Part shown: in pieces, positions 17,429-26,964 of the stretch
How the letters are laid out: every line of letters starts with the position of its first letter
How positions within the stretch are numbered: the stretch's first letter is position 1
Source of the DNA: Coprobacter sp.
Lineage (GTDB): Bacteria > Bacteroidota > Bacteroidia > Bacteroidales > UBA11471
Reading direction: 5' to 3'
Length of the DNA stretch: 64,000 nucleotides
NCBI GenBank assembly: GCA_017462265.1
Contig: JAFTRN010000054.1
Span: 12,068 to 76,067, forward strand
The notes under the pieces: model-generated
What the model was told of the DNA's origin: nothing
Seen by the model: the letters and a program-made list of their open reading frames with translations, nothing else
Databases searched by the model: none
Translations under genes and position numbers: made by a program

Positions 17429-19900
17429 TTATTCTGTAACAGCACGAACAGATAGTCCGAAGTAGCGACGGCTCCAGCCGTCCCAACGGTAGTAGCCATC
17501 GTCGAAGTAGAGAGTGCACGCGTAGCTCCCGTAGCTCCCGCCCAACGCCGCCGACCAGTAGTAACCGTCCGTCCCTTCATCGTAGAGCTCTCCGTAGCCG
17601 CGGTAGCCCGCAGCGGGGAGAAAGATAGAGTTACCGTTAGGACCGGTTACATACTGTCCGCTCACCCCTTTATAGGTTCCCCACTCCCATGTGCAGCTAT
17701 TAACAAGTTCTTTTATCTCTTCAAGGGTGGGCATACGCCAACCTCCGCCCCATTTCACGTGTGCAACATCATACTGCGTACCACTGATATTATTCCCGAT
17801 ATGGGTGAATTCGTCATAATCCCAATCTCCATTACCATTGCTATCCGTCCAATATTTATAATTCGCCAACGTGTAATCACTCTTTTCCTCGGTCTCACCC
17901 CAAGCGTAATAACCACCATACTCCTCGGGCGAAGCAGCTCCGATATTCCAACCGGCCCATTTTACGCTCAGTCCGAGATCTATCGCCTCGTGGATGGGCT
18001 TCTCACTGTTTACCAGCAACGTGGCCTCATCTATCGTCTCGCCCGACTTATCAACCACCCGGGCGGTAAGGGTATAGGGCACGTATTCGGTCTCGCCACG
18101 GGTGGTACGGGGCGAGGGTGTCCACTCCACTCGCACCTTACCGGCAAGGTCGGCGGTGGCCACGCCATGGCTCAGCTCCCCGCCATCGGCACTGAAATTG
18201 ACCAACGCCAGCGGGCAGGGGTAATACTTCTTCGTTACGGGGCTGTACGATTCCACCAAAAACTCCGCCGTGACGCTCTCTCCGCCCGCCACCTTCATGC
18301 CATTCTCGGGGCTGAGGCGGGTGATACGCTGTGGAGACGTGTACAGACTCTTGTCCGACACAAGATTGTGCACGTCGCTACGCCATACCTCTTTGTCCCA
18401 AAATCCGAAATCGAATTTCAATCCCATACGTATATCCATACCGGCATACATATCGCTCGTCCAACCGATGTGGTTGTCTCCGTCGGCAGATAGGCGGGCA
18501 CCCGCCTCTACGGTCTCTTTGATATAGGGGCGCGGCTCTAACCACGGGCCTATGAATTTGTATAATCCTATCTCTATCTGCGGATAGTACGACACCTTGG
18601 CGGTGGCCGAGGCCTTCGCCTCTATCGTGGGCGCATGAACCTCCAGCGTGGGTACGGCGCTGCGTATGGGTTTCACGCCTCCGGCAGACGTCCATTCCAG
18701 GCCGGCGTTGAGTTCCATGCCCATCTTCACGCCGGCACTCGCGTCGATACTGCCCTCGGCCGTAAACATCGTGTATTTTCCTAAATGGGTGTAGATAAGC
18801 AGGTGCACCGTCACTCCGCCTACCGGGAATGTGAATATTCCCGTGGGCAATACGTTGTATTTGATGATGGTATCTCCCTCCTCGGTATAGCGGTTTTCGT
18901 AATGATACTTCAGTAACATATCCATGCCGATATTGCCCGTGAGGGTGTAACTGAAGCGCTTCAATTCGCCCTCCTTGCGGAAAAGGGATATCTCTTTCTC
19001 CCCGAAATCGAACTCGAAAGAACCTTTCAAATCCGCATCGTAAGCGCAGGTTTCCCACCACAGACGGCCCGCCGTGCCGTTATAAATCGTGCTTCCGTTG
19101 AGATCGGTATGAAACGACCAAAGCTTTTTCCGTATGATATAGTTGGCACGGGTGGTGTAGCCCGTCTCGCTGTTGTAAACCTCGTGGTAACGACCGTCGG
19201 AATCTATGTAGCCGTATGACGAGGGGGCAATTACGCGCTCTCCGCCCACCGAGCTGCGCACCCGGGTGGAAGGCTCGGTCGTGAGGGTGAAACTTGTATT
19301 GCGGAACAGATTGCACATATTGCCCTGCGTGGTCTGCATCAATACCGTGTTGCCGCTTGTGGCGACGCTCTCCACCACGCGTATGTCATAGCCATACTCG
19401 ACCGGAAGAACGATGGCGCTACCCTCGGTGACCGACGGCGGTGTTTGCGCGCTGTACGAGACGGTGAGGGCTCCGCTCGCGGAATCATAGGTGGTCGATA
19501 CGCCGGGCTTACCTATATTCAGTTCCACATAATCGCTATCTATGCGCCCGTATTGGGTGACGGAAATCGTGGCGGTAGCCGTACCGCTGGTGATAGAGAA
19601 CAGGGCGCTACGCTCGTCGCTTTCGTCATTGGCGGCAATGGCGATAATCAGGCGGTCGTCGTTGCCGCCGCTTACCGGCGACACCTCACACCATTCGGGC
19701 ATTCCGCTTACGCTCCACACGCCGCTACTCTCCACGGTGAGCGTGTCGCTCGACGCCACACAGTCGAAATAGAGCTCTGCCACCGGACTGATACCGATGA
19801 AATCTTCAACTTCCTCCTCGCACGAGGTGGTGCATACAAGCGCAAGCAGCGCAAACAGGGTTCTGATTATGTGCTTCAACAGTTTCATTTTTTTTCGCAT
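17429..19900 (-). CDS. large surface lipoprotein: N-terminal BACON-like domain, unassigned beta-rich core, Ig-like region, C-terminal FISUMP (Fibrobacter succinogenes major paralogous) domain
   Basis: 823 aa with a lipobox (LVCTTSC). SSGVWSVSGMPEWCEVSPVSGGNDDRLIIAIAANDESDERSALFSI is BACON-like. The C-terminal region (KWAGWNIGA...YYAWGE...WRMPTLEEIKELV...IFLPAAGYR...YWSA) is FISUMP/DUF1566-like. Confidence 0.7.
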   Translation of the reverse strand: MRKKMKLLKHIIRTLFALLALVCTTSCEEEVEDFIGISPVAELYFDCVASSDTLTVESSGVWSVSGMPEWCEVSPVSGGNDDRLIIAIAANDESDERSALFSITSGTATATISVTQYGRIDSDYVELNIGKPGVSTTYDSASGALTVSYSAQTPPSVTEGSAIVLPVEYGYDIRVVESVATSGNTVLMQTTQGNMCNLFRNTSFTLTTEPSTRVRSSVGGERVIAPSSYGYIDSDGRYHEVYNSETGYTTRANYIIRKKLWSFHTDLNGSTIYNGTAGRLWWETCAYDADLKGSFEFDFGEKEISLFRKEGELKRFSYTLTGNIGMDMLLKYHYENRYTEEGDTIIKYNVLPTGIFTFPVGGVTVHLLIYTHLGKYTMFTAEGSIDASAGVKMGMELNAGLEWTSAGGVKPIRSAVPTLEVHAPTIEAKASATAKVSYYPQIEIGLYKFIGPWLEPRPYIKETVEAGARLSADGDNHIGWTSDMYAGMDIRMGLKFDFGFWDKEVWRSDVHNLVSDKSLYTSPQRITRLSPENGMKVAGGESVTAEFLVESYSPVTKKYYPCPLALVNFSADGGELSHGVATADLAGKVRVEWTPSPRTTRGETEYVPYTLTARVVDKSGETIDEATLLVNSEKPIHEAIDLGLSVKWAGWNIGAASPEEYGGYYAWGETEEKSDYTLANYKYWTDSNGNGDWDYDEFTHIGNNISGTQYDVAHVKWGGGWRMPTLEEIKELVNSCTWEWGTYKGVSGQYVTGPNGNSIFLPAAGYRGYGELYDEGTDGYYWSAALGGSYGSYACTLYFDDGYYRWDGWSRRYFGLSVRAVTE

Positions 19901-19978
19901 TTATCGTTTCCGCAAAGGTATCCTTTTTATCCGAGTAATAATCTTTAAATTAGATGTTTTTTTCGAGAATATGGTGAA

Positions 19979-20008
19979 CTCGGACACTCGGGCCGAGTGG
20001 TCCCTACA
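19979..20008 (+). repeat. hairpin motif copy 2 (ctcGGACACTCGGgCCGAGTGGTCCctaca)
   Basis: Same orientation and the same ...CGAGTGG.CCCTACA tail as 17372-17403. Lies in the divergent region 5' of the lipoprotein gene. Confidence 0.5.
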
Positions 20009-20130
20009 TTTTGCAGGGCAAGTCACCGCTTACCGTAGGGCGAGGTTTTGAAGCAGCTCCTCTAAGGCACTAATTTTAGTGGCTGTGGACTTTAATGAGG
20101 AGGGGTGTTTCACAATCTACGCTTTTGTGC

Positions 20131-20138
20131 TATCTTTG
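20131..20138 (+). promoter_or_regulatory. -7 promoter motif TATCTTTG upstream of the DEAD-box helicase
   Basis: Exact TAnnTTTG match 28 nt upstream of the ATG at 20166. Confidence 0.45.
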
Positions 20139-20165
20139 CAGTGGAAAATTTGAGACTAAAGAAAT

Positions 20166-21431
20166 ATGAGATTTGACGAACTGAATTTAGAAGCGGACGT
20201 GTTGCAAGGGCTCGACGCCATGAATTTCAAGGAGACTACCCCCGTGCAAGAGGCCACCATACCCGTCGTGCTCGAGGGTAAGGACTTGATAGCCTGCGCA
20301 CAGACCGGTACCGGAAAAACCGCCGCATATATATTGCCCCTGCTCAATCTGCTGACTAAAAAGACAAATCAGAAAAATAGCGTACGAGCCATAGTGATAG
20401 CACCCACTCGCGAACTGGCCCAACAAATAGATATGCAATTCGAGGGCTTCTCCTATTTCCTGCCAATATCGACCTTCGTGGTGGCCGGCGGTGGCGACGG
20501 CGCTCAATGGGATATGCAGAAACGGGGATTGCAAATGGGGGCCGATGTGATGATAGCCACTCCGGGACGCCTCATTTCGCATCTGCTCAACACGAAAGTT
20601 GATCTGTCGGGCGTGGAATATTTAGTTCTCGACGAGGCTGATCGTATGCTCGATATGGGCTTCTACGACGATATAATGCAGATATGTTCGTTCATACCAA
20701 GCAAGCGCCAGACATTGCTTTTCTCGGCAACGATGCCCCCGAAAATTCGCCAATTGGCACGAAATATTCTGCACGAACCGGCCGAGGTGAATATCGCCAT
20801 ATCCAAACCCAACGAGGCCATAAAACAATCGGCATACATCTGCTATGAGCCTCAGAAAATGGGTATCATAAATGATATATTCTCACACGAGATAAAGGGG
20901 AAAACCATTATATTCTCGTCGTCGAAACTGAAGGTGAAACAACTCACCACCGCCCTGTGTCGCCTCAAATACAACGCCCGAGCCATGCACTCGGACCTGG
21001 AACAGGCACAACGCGAGGAGGTGATGCTCGACTATAAAAACGGGAAAATAGACATATTAGTGGCTACCGACATTGTGGCCCGCGGTATAGACATTACCGA
21101 TATTGTACTGGTAATCAACTATGACGTACCCCACGACCCGGAGGATTATATTCACCGCATAGGCCGCACGGCACGCGCCAACGCCGAGGGCGAGGCCATC
21201 ACCTTTGTGTCGGCCGAGGAACAAGACAAGTTCTACCGAATAGAGAAGTTTCTCGAACGAGAGATTCCCAAAGCGCCGGTACCTGCCGCACTGGGCGAAA
21301 CGCCCCAATACGACATTATCGCGCTCGACAAACGCTCCTCTCGCAAAGGACACTATCGTCACAACGGGAAAAACCGCAAAGGCAACCGTCGTCGCCCCCG
21401 AAACGACCAACGTCCCAAACGAAAAGCGTAA
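20166..21431 (+). CDS. DEAD-box ATP-dependent RNA helicase with a basic C-terminal tail
   Basis: 421 aa. Contains AQTGTGKT (motif I), VLDEADRMLD (DEAD), SAT and HRIGRTAR. The C-terminus is R/K-rich. Confidence 0.9.
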   Translation: MRFDELNLEADVLQGLDAMNFKETTPVQEATIPVVLEGKDLIACAQTGTGKTAAYILPLLNLLTKKTNQKNSVRAIVIAPTRELAQQIDMQFEGFSYFLPISTFVVAGGGDGAQWDMQKRGLQMGADVMIATPGRLISHLLNTKVDLSGVEYLVLDEADRMLDMGFYDDIMQICSFIPSKRQTLLFSATMPPKIRQLARNILHEPAEVNIAISKPNEAIKQSAYICYEPQKMGIINDIFSHEIKGKTIIFSSSKLKVKQLTTALCRLKYNARAMHSDLEQAQREEVMLDYKNGKIDILVATDIVARGIDITDIVLVINYDVPHDPEDYIHRIGRTARANAEGEAITFVSAEEQDKFYRIEKFLEREIPKAPVPAALGETPQYDIIALDKRSSRKGHYRHNGKNRKGNRRRPRNDQRPKRKA

Positions 21432-21510
21432 GAATAGGTCTAAACATTCCTCCTCACTATTCGGTTTTTTCCGTATAAGAAGCTGTTTGAAATTAAAACC
21501 ACCAAGCAAT

Positions 21511-22404
21511 ATGTATCGTCCATCATTCACCATCGTAATCGTTTGTATATGTACGGCTTTGTGTCTTGCATCGTGCCAATATTTGCAAGACGAAAGCAAA
21601 CAAGATACGAATAAAACTCCGGCCCAAACCGAGACCGCCGAGACCCCCAAGAAACAACCGGCCGGTGTGCTGAGTATCGGTTCGCTATCGGCTAACGGAG
21701 AACATACCCTAATCGAAGGGGCCAGTCACTCACCTATGTGTAAAGTGTCGGTAGAGATGGAATATCCGCTCGGTGGGAATACCGGGAACATTTCACTCGG
21801 AAAACTACAGCAAACTTTTATGGGTACCCTCCCTGAAAATATGCGAGGCAACACTCCTAAAAATGCCGCCAACAACTATGTGGAGGCCTATATCGCAAAT
21901 TACAAAAAAGAGATGGAGCCTCACCGCAAGATGGCCAAACGGAAAGATAATACGTGGATGAATTATGAGTCGAAAGTTACCATCAAAAGCCTGTATAACA
22001 AGCACAATTTCTGGGGATATACCATCAACGACTACTCATTCACAGGAGGCGCTCACGGTATGCATACCACCGGGTACAATGTAATAGACCTAAACAGTGG
22101 TAAATTGCTGTCGCTGAAATCGCTCTTCGCCGAAAAAGACTACCCCATCATCAACCGACTGCTACGCCAACAGTTGGCCGACGACCGGGGTTGTACGATA
22201 GAACAACTTGCCGGCCAAAGTTTCGAGACGGAAAATATCGTCATCGACGACAATTTCATGATAAGCGACAGCGGTATTACATGGGTTTTCAACCCTTACG
22301 ACATAGCCCCATACAGCACCGGAACGGTATATATCACACTGCCCTATCGTGCCATACTCGGGTATTTGATAGCAGATTCTCCCGTAAAACGAATTATAAA
22401 ATAG
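21511..22404 (+). CDS. DUF3298/DUF4163-type lipoprotein (RsiV-like fold family)
   Basis: The ATG at 21511 gives MYRPSFTIVIVCICTALCLASC (lipobox). YSFTGGAHGMHTTGYNVIDLNSGK and FNPYDIAPYSTG are typical of this family. The track start at 21487 is a TTG. Confidence 0.6.
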   Translation: MYRPSFTIVIVCICTALCLASCQYLQDESKQDTNKTPAQTETAETPKKQPAGVLSIGSLSANGEHTLIEGASHSPMCKVSVEMEYPLGGNTGNISLGKLQQTFMGTLPENMRGNTPKNAANNYVEAYIANYKKEMEPHRKMAKRKDNTWMNYESKVTIKSLYNKHNFWGYTINDYSFTGGAHGMHTTGYNVIDLNSGKLLSLKSLFAEKDYPIINRLLRQQLADDRGCTIEQLAGQSFETENIVIDDNFMISDSGITWVFNPYDIAPYSTGTVYITLPYRAILGYLIADSPVKRIIK

Positions 22405-22414
22405 CCTGTATATC

Positions 22415-23035
22415 ATGCAAATAATAGAAAAATACTTTCCCAACCTGACCGATACCCAACGCACACAATTTGCCGCGCTGTGGGATCTCTACAACGATTG
22501 GAATGCCAAGATAAATGTCATATCCCGTAAGGATATTGGCAACCTCTATACACACCACGTATTGCACTCGCTGGGCATAGCCCGTATCATACAATTCATG
22601 CCGGGCACGACCATACTCGATGTGGGTACAGGCGGAGGCTTTCCCGGGATACCCTTGGCCATCATGTTTCCCGATTGCAAATTTCATCTCGTCGATCGCA
22701 TAGGCAAGAAGATAAAAGTAGCACAAGAAATCGCACAAGCCATTGGCCTGCAAAATGTAACGCTCGCCCACTGCGGTGTAGAGGAGGATAAAAACAAATA
22801 TGATTTCATCGTGAGCCGCGCCGTCATGCCCTTAGGTGATTTACTGAAACTTATTCGGAAAAACGTCAGCACCAAACAGCACAACGCCATGCCCAACGGA
22901 CTGATATGCCTCAAAGGTGGTGAAGTACAAGGCGAAATCGCACCGGTGCGCCGTACGGCCATGGTTTTCGACTTGAAAAGTTATTTCGACGAAGAATTTT
23001 TCGATACAAAAAAAGTGATTTACGTTCCCATTTAG
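22415..23035 (+). CDS. rsmG: 16S rRNA (guanine527-N7)-methyltransferase
   Basis: 206 aa. Contains WNAKINVIS...HHVLHSL...DVGTGGGFPGIPLAIMFP...LVDRIGKKIKV. Confidence 0.9.
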   Translation: MQIIEKYFPNLTDTQRTQFAALWDLYNDWNAKINVISRKDIGNLYTHHVLHSLGIARIIQFMPGTTILDVGTGGGFPGIPLAIMFPDCKFHLVDRIGKKIKVAQEIAQAIGLQNVTLAHCGVEEDKNKYDFIVSRAVMPLGDLLKLIRKNVSTKQHNAMPNGLICLKGGEVQGEIAPVRRTAMVFDLKSYFDEEFFDTKKVIYVPI

Positions 23036-23043
23036 CCCCTATC

Positions 23044-23685
23044 ATGCTGCAAGTAAAATGTTTCACCTTCAATCCCATATCCGAAAACACCTATGTCGTA
23101 TGGGATAGCGAAAGCCGAGAATGTGCCATTATCGACGCCGGGAACTCATCACCCGCCGAAAATGAAGAATTACAAGGCTTTATACAACAAGAAAATTTGC
23201 AAGTAAAACACTTGTTGGCAACTCATCTTCATTTCGACCACGCTTTCGGAATACGATTTGTGGCACAAACGTTCGACGTTCCACTCTCGGCACATCGGGG
23301 TGATGAATTTCTACTGGAGCATTTCTCTCGCCAAGCCGAATTATTCGGCATACAAGCCGGCTCAGCCCCTTCGCCCATCGGTAAATACATCGAAGAAGGC
23401 GATAACATAGCGATTGGAGAGTACACCCTCACAACACTGCACGTTCCCGGCCATTCGCCCGGAAGTATCGTCTATTATTGCGCTCGGGCCGGAGTGTTGT
23501 TTGTGGGAGATGTTTTATTCCGTAACAGCATAGGACGCACCGACTTATGGGGTGGAAATTTCAATACCCTCATCGATGGTATCAACAAGAAGATACTCAC
23601 CCTACCCGACAGTACCGTTATATATTCGGGACATGGCGCCCCAACCGATATAGGCTATGAAAAAGACCACAACCCATACATATAG
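23044..23685 (+). CDS. MBL-fold metallo-hydrolase (glyoxalase II-like)
   Basis: 213 aa. Contains THLHFDHAFG (HxHxDH) and HVPGHSPGS. Confidence 0.85.
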   Translation: MLQVKCFTFNPISENTYVVWDSESRECAIIDAGNSSPAENEELQGFIQQENLQVKHLLATHLHFDHAFGIRFVAQTFDVPLSAHRGDEFLLEHFSRQAELFGIQAGSAPSPIGKYIEEGDNIAIGEYTLTTLHVPGHSPGSIVYYCARAGVLFVGDVLFRNSIGRTDLWGGNFNTLIDGINKKILTLPDSTVIYSGHGAPTDIGYEKDHNPYI

Positions 23686-23703
23686 AAGCTTTTGGTGAAA
23701 TAA

Positions 23704-24276
23704 CTATATAGCCTCTGATGCGAACATTCGGGCATAAATATCGGCTTTACGCTCTAATGCCAACGGATAAGCGCGCGACGATGAGGGCATACGGTAAAAA
23801 CGAATAGTCCTACCCTCGAAATCGAAGGGGGAACAACCGCCGATAGGTGGCTCGGCAACCGACATTGTCGTACAGAATATTTCTGTCGCTTTCTGCCCGG
23901 TAGTTACCACCGCCCCACAGAGGGAAAGCCGGCGCAATAACGCCGCAATATCTGTCACCTCCTCGACCTCGAGATATTTATCCGAAGCATTGTCTCGCAT
24001 ACGACGCACAGCCGTTGCGACATCGTACAGCGCTATACCTTTCTCTTGTAGAAAATTCTCTATACCGACTTTATCAAAGCCCTTCGTTGCCGGTAATACA
24101 AAGTGGTTTTTATCGCCATAAAAGACCGCACCCATTATACGCCACATATCATTTATCCAATTAGGGTAGAAAAAATCCATACACCAACGCTCGCGCTTGG
24201 GTGGAAAGCTACCAAGCATCAATATGCTGGCATTTTCCGGCAAAAAGGGCTGTAAGGGGTGTCGCTCGATATGCAT
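23704..24276 (-). CDS. uracil-DNA glycosylase superfamily protein (deoxyinosine/mismatch glycosylase-like)
   Basis: 190 aa. The N-terminal ILMLGSFPPKRERWCMDFFYPNWINDMWRIMG resembles this family. Confidence 0.65.
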   Translation of the reverse strand: MHIERHPLQPFLPENASILMLGSFPPKRERWCMDFFYPNWINDMWRIMGAVFYGDKNHFVLPATKGFDKVGIENFLQEKGIALYDVATAVRRMRDNASDKYLEVEEVTDIAALLRRLSLCGAVVTTGQKATEIFCTTMSVAEPPIGGCSPFDFEGRTIRFYRMPSSSRAYPLALERKADIYARMFASEAI

Positions 24277-24337
24277 GACTATATTCTATGGAGTTTAAAT
24301 GAAAAATCCGTCTTAAATTGACGGATTTTTCAAATAT

Positions 24338-24748
24338 TTATTCTTCGGTATTTTCTTCTTTGGGCTGGAAATCGGTGATACCCGATTGTATCAACAGATT
24401 ATACCACGAAATGAGTTTACTGATATCGGTGGGATATACCCTTTCGCGGTCGAAATCGGGAACCACTTCACCGAAGTATGTACGCAAATCCTCTTTATCG
24501 GCCTTAGGCGATATGGTCGCCACTACCCCATTTTCTTTCTCTTTCACTCGAGTCAACACCTCTGACAAGGGTAATTCGCCCCCCTCGGTGTACATGGCGA
24601 TATCGCCCAATGAGGTCACTTTGTCATGGCTATATGCAAGGTTACGCTTTCCTGTAATCAGTGATTCGACCACCAACGCGCCTTTTGCTTGCGACACGAG
24701 GCGAAACAATCCGGGACGGCCCGATATGGATAAAATTTCTTTCAACAT
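24338..24748 (-). CDS. DUF5606-like protein of unknown function
   Basis: The ATG at 24748 gives MLKEILSISGRPGLFRLVSQAKGALVVESLITGKR. The track ORF extends further, to a less likely start at 24814. Confidence 0.5.
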   Translation of the reverse strand: MLKEILSISGRPGLFRLVSQAKGALVVESLITGKRNLAYSHDKVTSLGDIAMYTEGGELPLSEVLTRVKEKENGVVATISPKADKEDLRTYFGEVVPDFDRERVYPTDISKLISWYNLLIQSGITDFQPKEENTEE

Positions 24749-24879
24749 AATTAGTTTGTTTTTCAAATATTTCTTAAAAGTCGTTTTAATATGATTTTTC
24801 TTACCAAAGAACAAAGATAGTGCAAAGGCGCATAGAAAAAAAGCGACTATACGTTTTTTTATGTTAATAGTATGTATAT

Positions 24880-25446
24880 TTACAGCAACGATAGTATCTG
24901 CGGGATAAGCGGGGTGGTATTATCATTGAAAATCACGCAATTGGACCATCTTTCTTTCTCGGAATCACTACTTTGCGATGAAATACGAGCCTCGGCATCC
25001 TCGCGTAGGCAACCATTACGATGCATTATCCGCTCTATACGTAGGTTTATGGGGGCGGTTACAAGCCATATTTCATCGACCAAATCGGTAAAGCCGGCCT
25101 CTATAAGTATTGCCGACTCCATAAACAAATATTGCTCGTGGCTGTATCGCAACACCCACGTTCGGAAATCATCACGCACGGCCGGGTGAACTATCGCGTT
25201 CAAACGCTGTAAGGCGACCTTATCGCTAAAAACTTTTTTAGCCAACTCGGCCCGATTGAGCTTCTCTCCATCATACACCTCCGGTCCAAACGTATCACAA
25301 AGTTCCCGCTGCAAGTGCCCGGAGGTATTCATCAGTTTTTTTGCCTCGGTATCACTATCATACACCTTGTATCCCATTGTTTGCAGCAGATGCGACACGA
25401 CCGATTTACCACTGCCTATTCCTCCGGTAATACCTATGACTTTCAT
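24880..25446 (-). CDS. coaE: dephospho-CoA kinase
   Basis: 188 aa. Begins MKVIGITGGIGSGKS (P-loop), and length and layout are typical of CoaE. Confidence 0.9.
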   Translation of the reverse strand: MKVIGITGGIGSGKSVVSHLLQTMGYKVYDSDTEAKKLMNTSGHLQRELCDTFGPEVYDGEKLNRAELAKKVFSDKVALQRLNAIVHPAVRDDFRTWVLRYSHEQYLFMESAILIEAGFTDLVDEIWLVTAPINLRIERIMHRNGCLREDAEARISSQSSDSEKERWSNCVIFNDNTTPLIPQILSLL

Positions 25447-25454
25447 ACGTCGGA

Positions 25455-26450
25455 TTATTTTTGCTCTAATATATATTCCACACTATCGGGGTATATCTTC
25501 AATACTTCACCTACCGTACGCACCACACGCACGGCCAATTTCGCCGGAGTATCTTGTGTATCTTTGTAATTGACGGCTACACGCACGTCTTTTTCCGACA
25601 CTTGCGAGAATTGACTCATAGGAATCACACAATCGACTTGTACCGACGCAGGAAAGGTTAGTAACGACACACGAGCCGGCAGATTCTCGACCGATACCGG
25701 TATCGTCAATGATTTTGTGGTAAATTCTTCGACCGGGATTGTCACAGTTACCTGCTCGGGCACCATCTTTATACCCTCTTGCTTACGTAAAGGTACCGTT
25801 TTTACCCATGTTTCCGAAAGATTTTCAGCCGAAAAAGTTTCGGTTTTCACTTCATCTATTCTATTAAGCAGGTAATCGGGAGCATATATTTGTATGGAAT
25901 CTATATTTGTAGTTATACGACCATTCACAATATATTGCGGCAAGGTCGATATTTCACCTTCGACTATCACTTTCACCTTCTTTCCTACACCTTGCGTATA
26001 ATATACAGCCAAGGTATCAATCGACATAGAGGTGAGATTTGTCGTATTTTTCAGATTCTTTTTTATTTGAGCAGATATTTGTTCGGGTGTAATGATAAAC
26101 GCGTTACGATTATTGGCATACTGCAAGAAGTCCACCTCAAATGCGGGTATTCCTTCGAGGTTATAATTCAATAATACCCCACCTTCATCACGCAAATGCA
26201 GGGTGATATGCGATGGCAACTCGTTGGTGAATATCGTATTATCGGGCACATTGGTGTATTTTATGGGGATACGATACGAGATATTCATATCCTCGCTCAA
26301 CGATTGCAAAACCCAAAACAGGAATGAGAGTGCCACAAAAAATAGAAATGAGAGCACTTCCCGACTCCGCTCGTTACGAAAATAATAACGCACCATACGT
26401 ATCAATGTCGTAAAGATTCCCGATTTGTCTTTTTTATTTTCTGCCATCAT
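25455..26450 (-). CDS. YbbR-domain-containing protein (CdaR-like)
   Basis: 331 aa with an N-terminal TM helix followed by repeated beta-rich YbbR-like modules. Sits in the conserved position between yajC and coaE. Confidence 0.65.
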   Translation of the reverse strand: MMAENKKDKSGIFTTLIRMVRYYFRNERSREVLSFLFFVALSFLFWVLQSLSEDMNISYRIPIKYTNVPDNTIFTNELPSHITLHLRDEGGVLLNYNLEGIPAFEVDFLQYANNRNAFIITPEQISAQIKKNLKNTTNLTSMSIDTLAVYYTQGVGKKVKVIVEGEISTLPQYIVNGRITTNIDSIQIYAPDYLLNRIDEVKTETFSAENLSETWVKTVPLRKQEGIKMVPEQVTVTIPVEEFTTKSLTIPVSVENLPARVSLLTFPASVQVDCVIPMSQFSQVSEKDVRVAVNYKDTQDTPAKLAVRVVRTVGEVLKIYPDSVEYILEQK

Positions 26451-26504
26451 ACAAGATTTGTTAAAAAAAACGTCTTAAAAAACAGTTCTTTATTCTTAAC
26501 AGAT

Positions 26505-26551
26505 AAAGATAAGGCTTTTTGCCCCAACACGGGATAAAAAGCCTTATCTTT
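26505..26551 (-). terminator. hairpin downstream of yajC
   Basis: aaagataaggcttttt (26505-26520) pairs with aaaaagccttatcttt (26536-26551), a 16-bp perfect stem. Confidence 0.6.
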
Positions 26552-26571
26552 TTAGAAAATCAATTTACATT

Positions 26572-26904
26572 TTATTTTACGGGAGTGGCAGCATTGGCAT
26601 CAACGGGCGAAGCATAAATCGATGCTTTATCGACCGTAATGCGTACATTGTCGGCGATTTCCACCACAACGGTAGCATCTTTGATGGCTTTTACTTTTCC
26701 ATGAATACCGCCGGCGGTAATTACTTTTTGACCTTCGGTAAGAGCTTCTCGGAATTTACGAATCTCTTTTTGACGTTTGCTTTGGGGGCGTATCATGAAG
26801 AAATAGAATATGGCTACCAAAGCCACCATCATGATAATACTCGAATAAGGAGAACCGCCTTGAGGCGCTGCTGCATCTTGCAGGAGAATGGTAAGTAGTG
26901 TCAT
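26572..26904 (-). CDS. yajC: preprotein translocase subunit YajC
   Basis: 110 aa with a single TM helix, followed by MIRPQSKRQKEIRKFREALTEGQKVITAGGIHGKV. Confidence 0.9.
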   Translation of the reverse strand: MTLLTILLQDAAAPQGGSPYSSIIMMVALVAIFYFFMIRPQSKRQKEIRKFREALTEGQKVITAGGIHGKVKAIKDATVVVEIADNVRITVDKASIYASPVDANAATPVK

Positions 26905-26964
26905 AATCGTAAGTTTTTTATGTTTTTATATGTTTATATTTTCCCTTTTATAACAATCGATATT

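Noticed and set aside
17759-19316. ORFs of 244 aa (plus strand) and 227 aa (minus strand, other frame) inside the lipoprotein gene.
   Set aside because: Their R/G/H-rich translations are typical of off-frame reading. The 823-aa frame has a signal peptide, a lipobox and recognisable terminal domains.
21057-21650. A 197-aa minus-strand ORF bridging the helicase 3' end and the DUF3298 gene 5' end.
   Set aside because: It overlaps two well-supported plus-strand genes and has no recognisable features.
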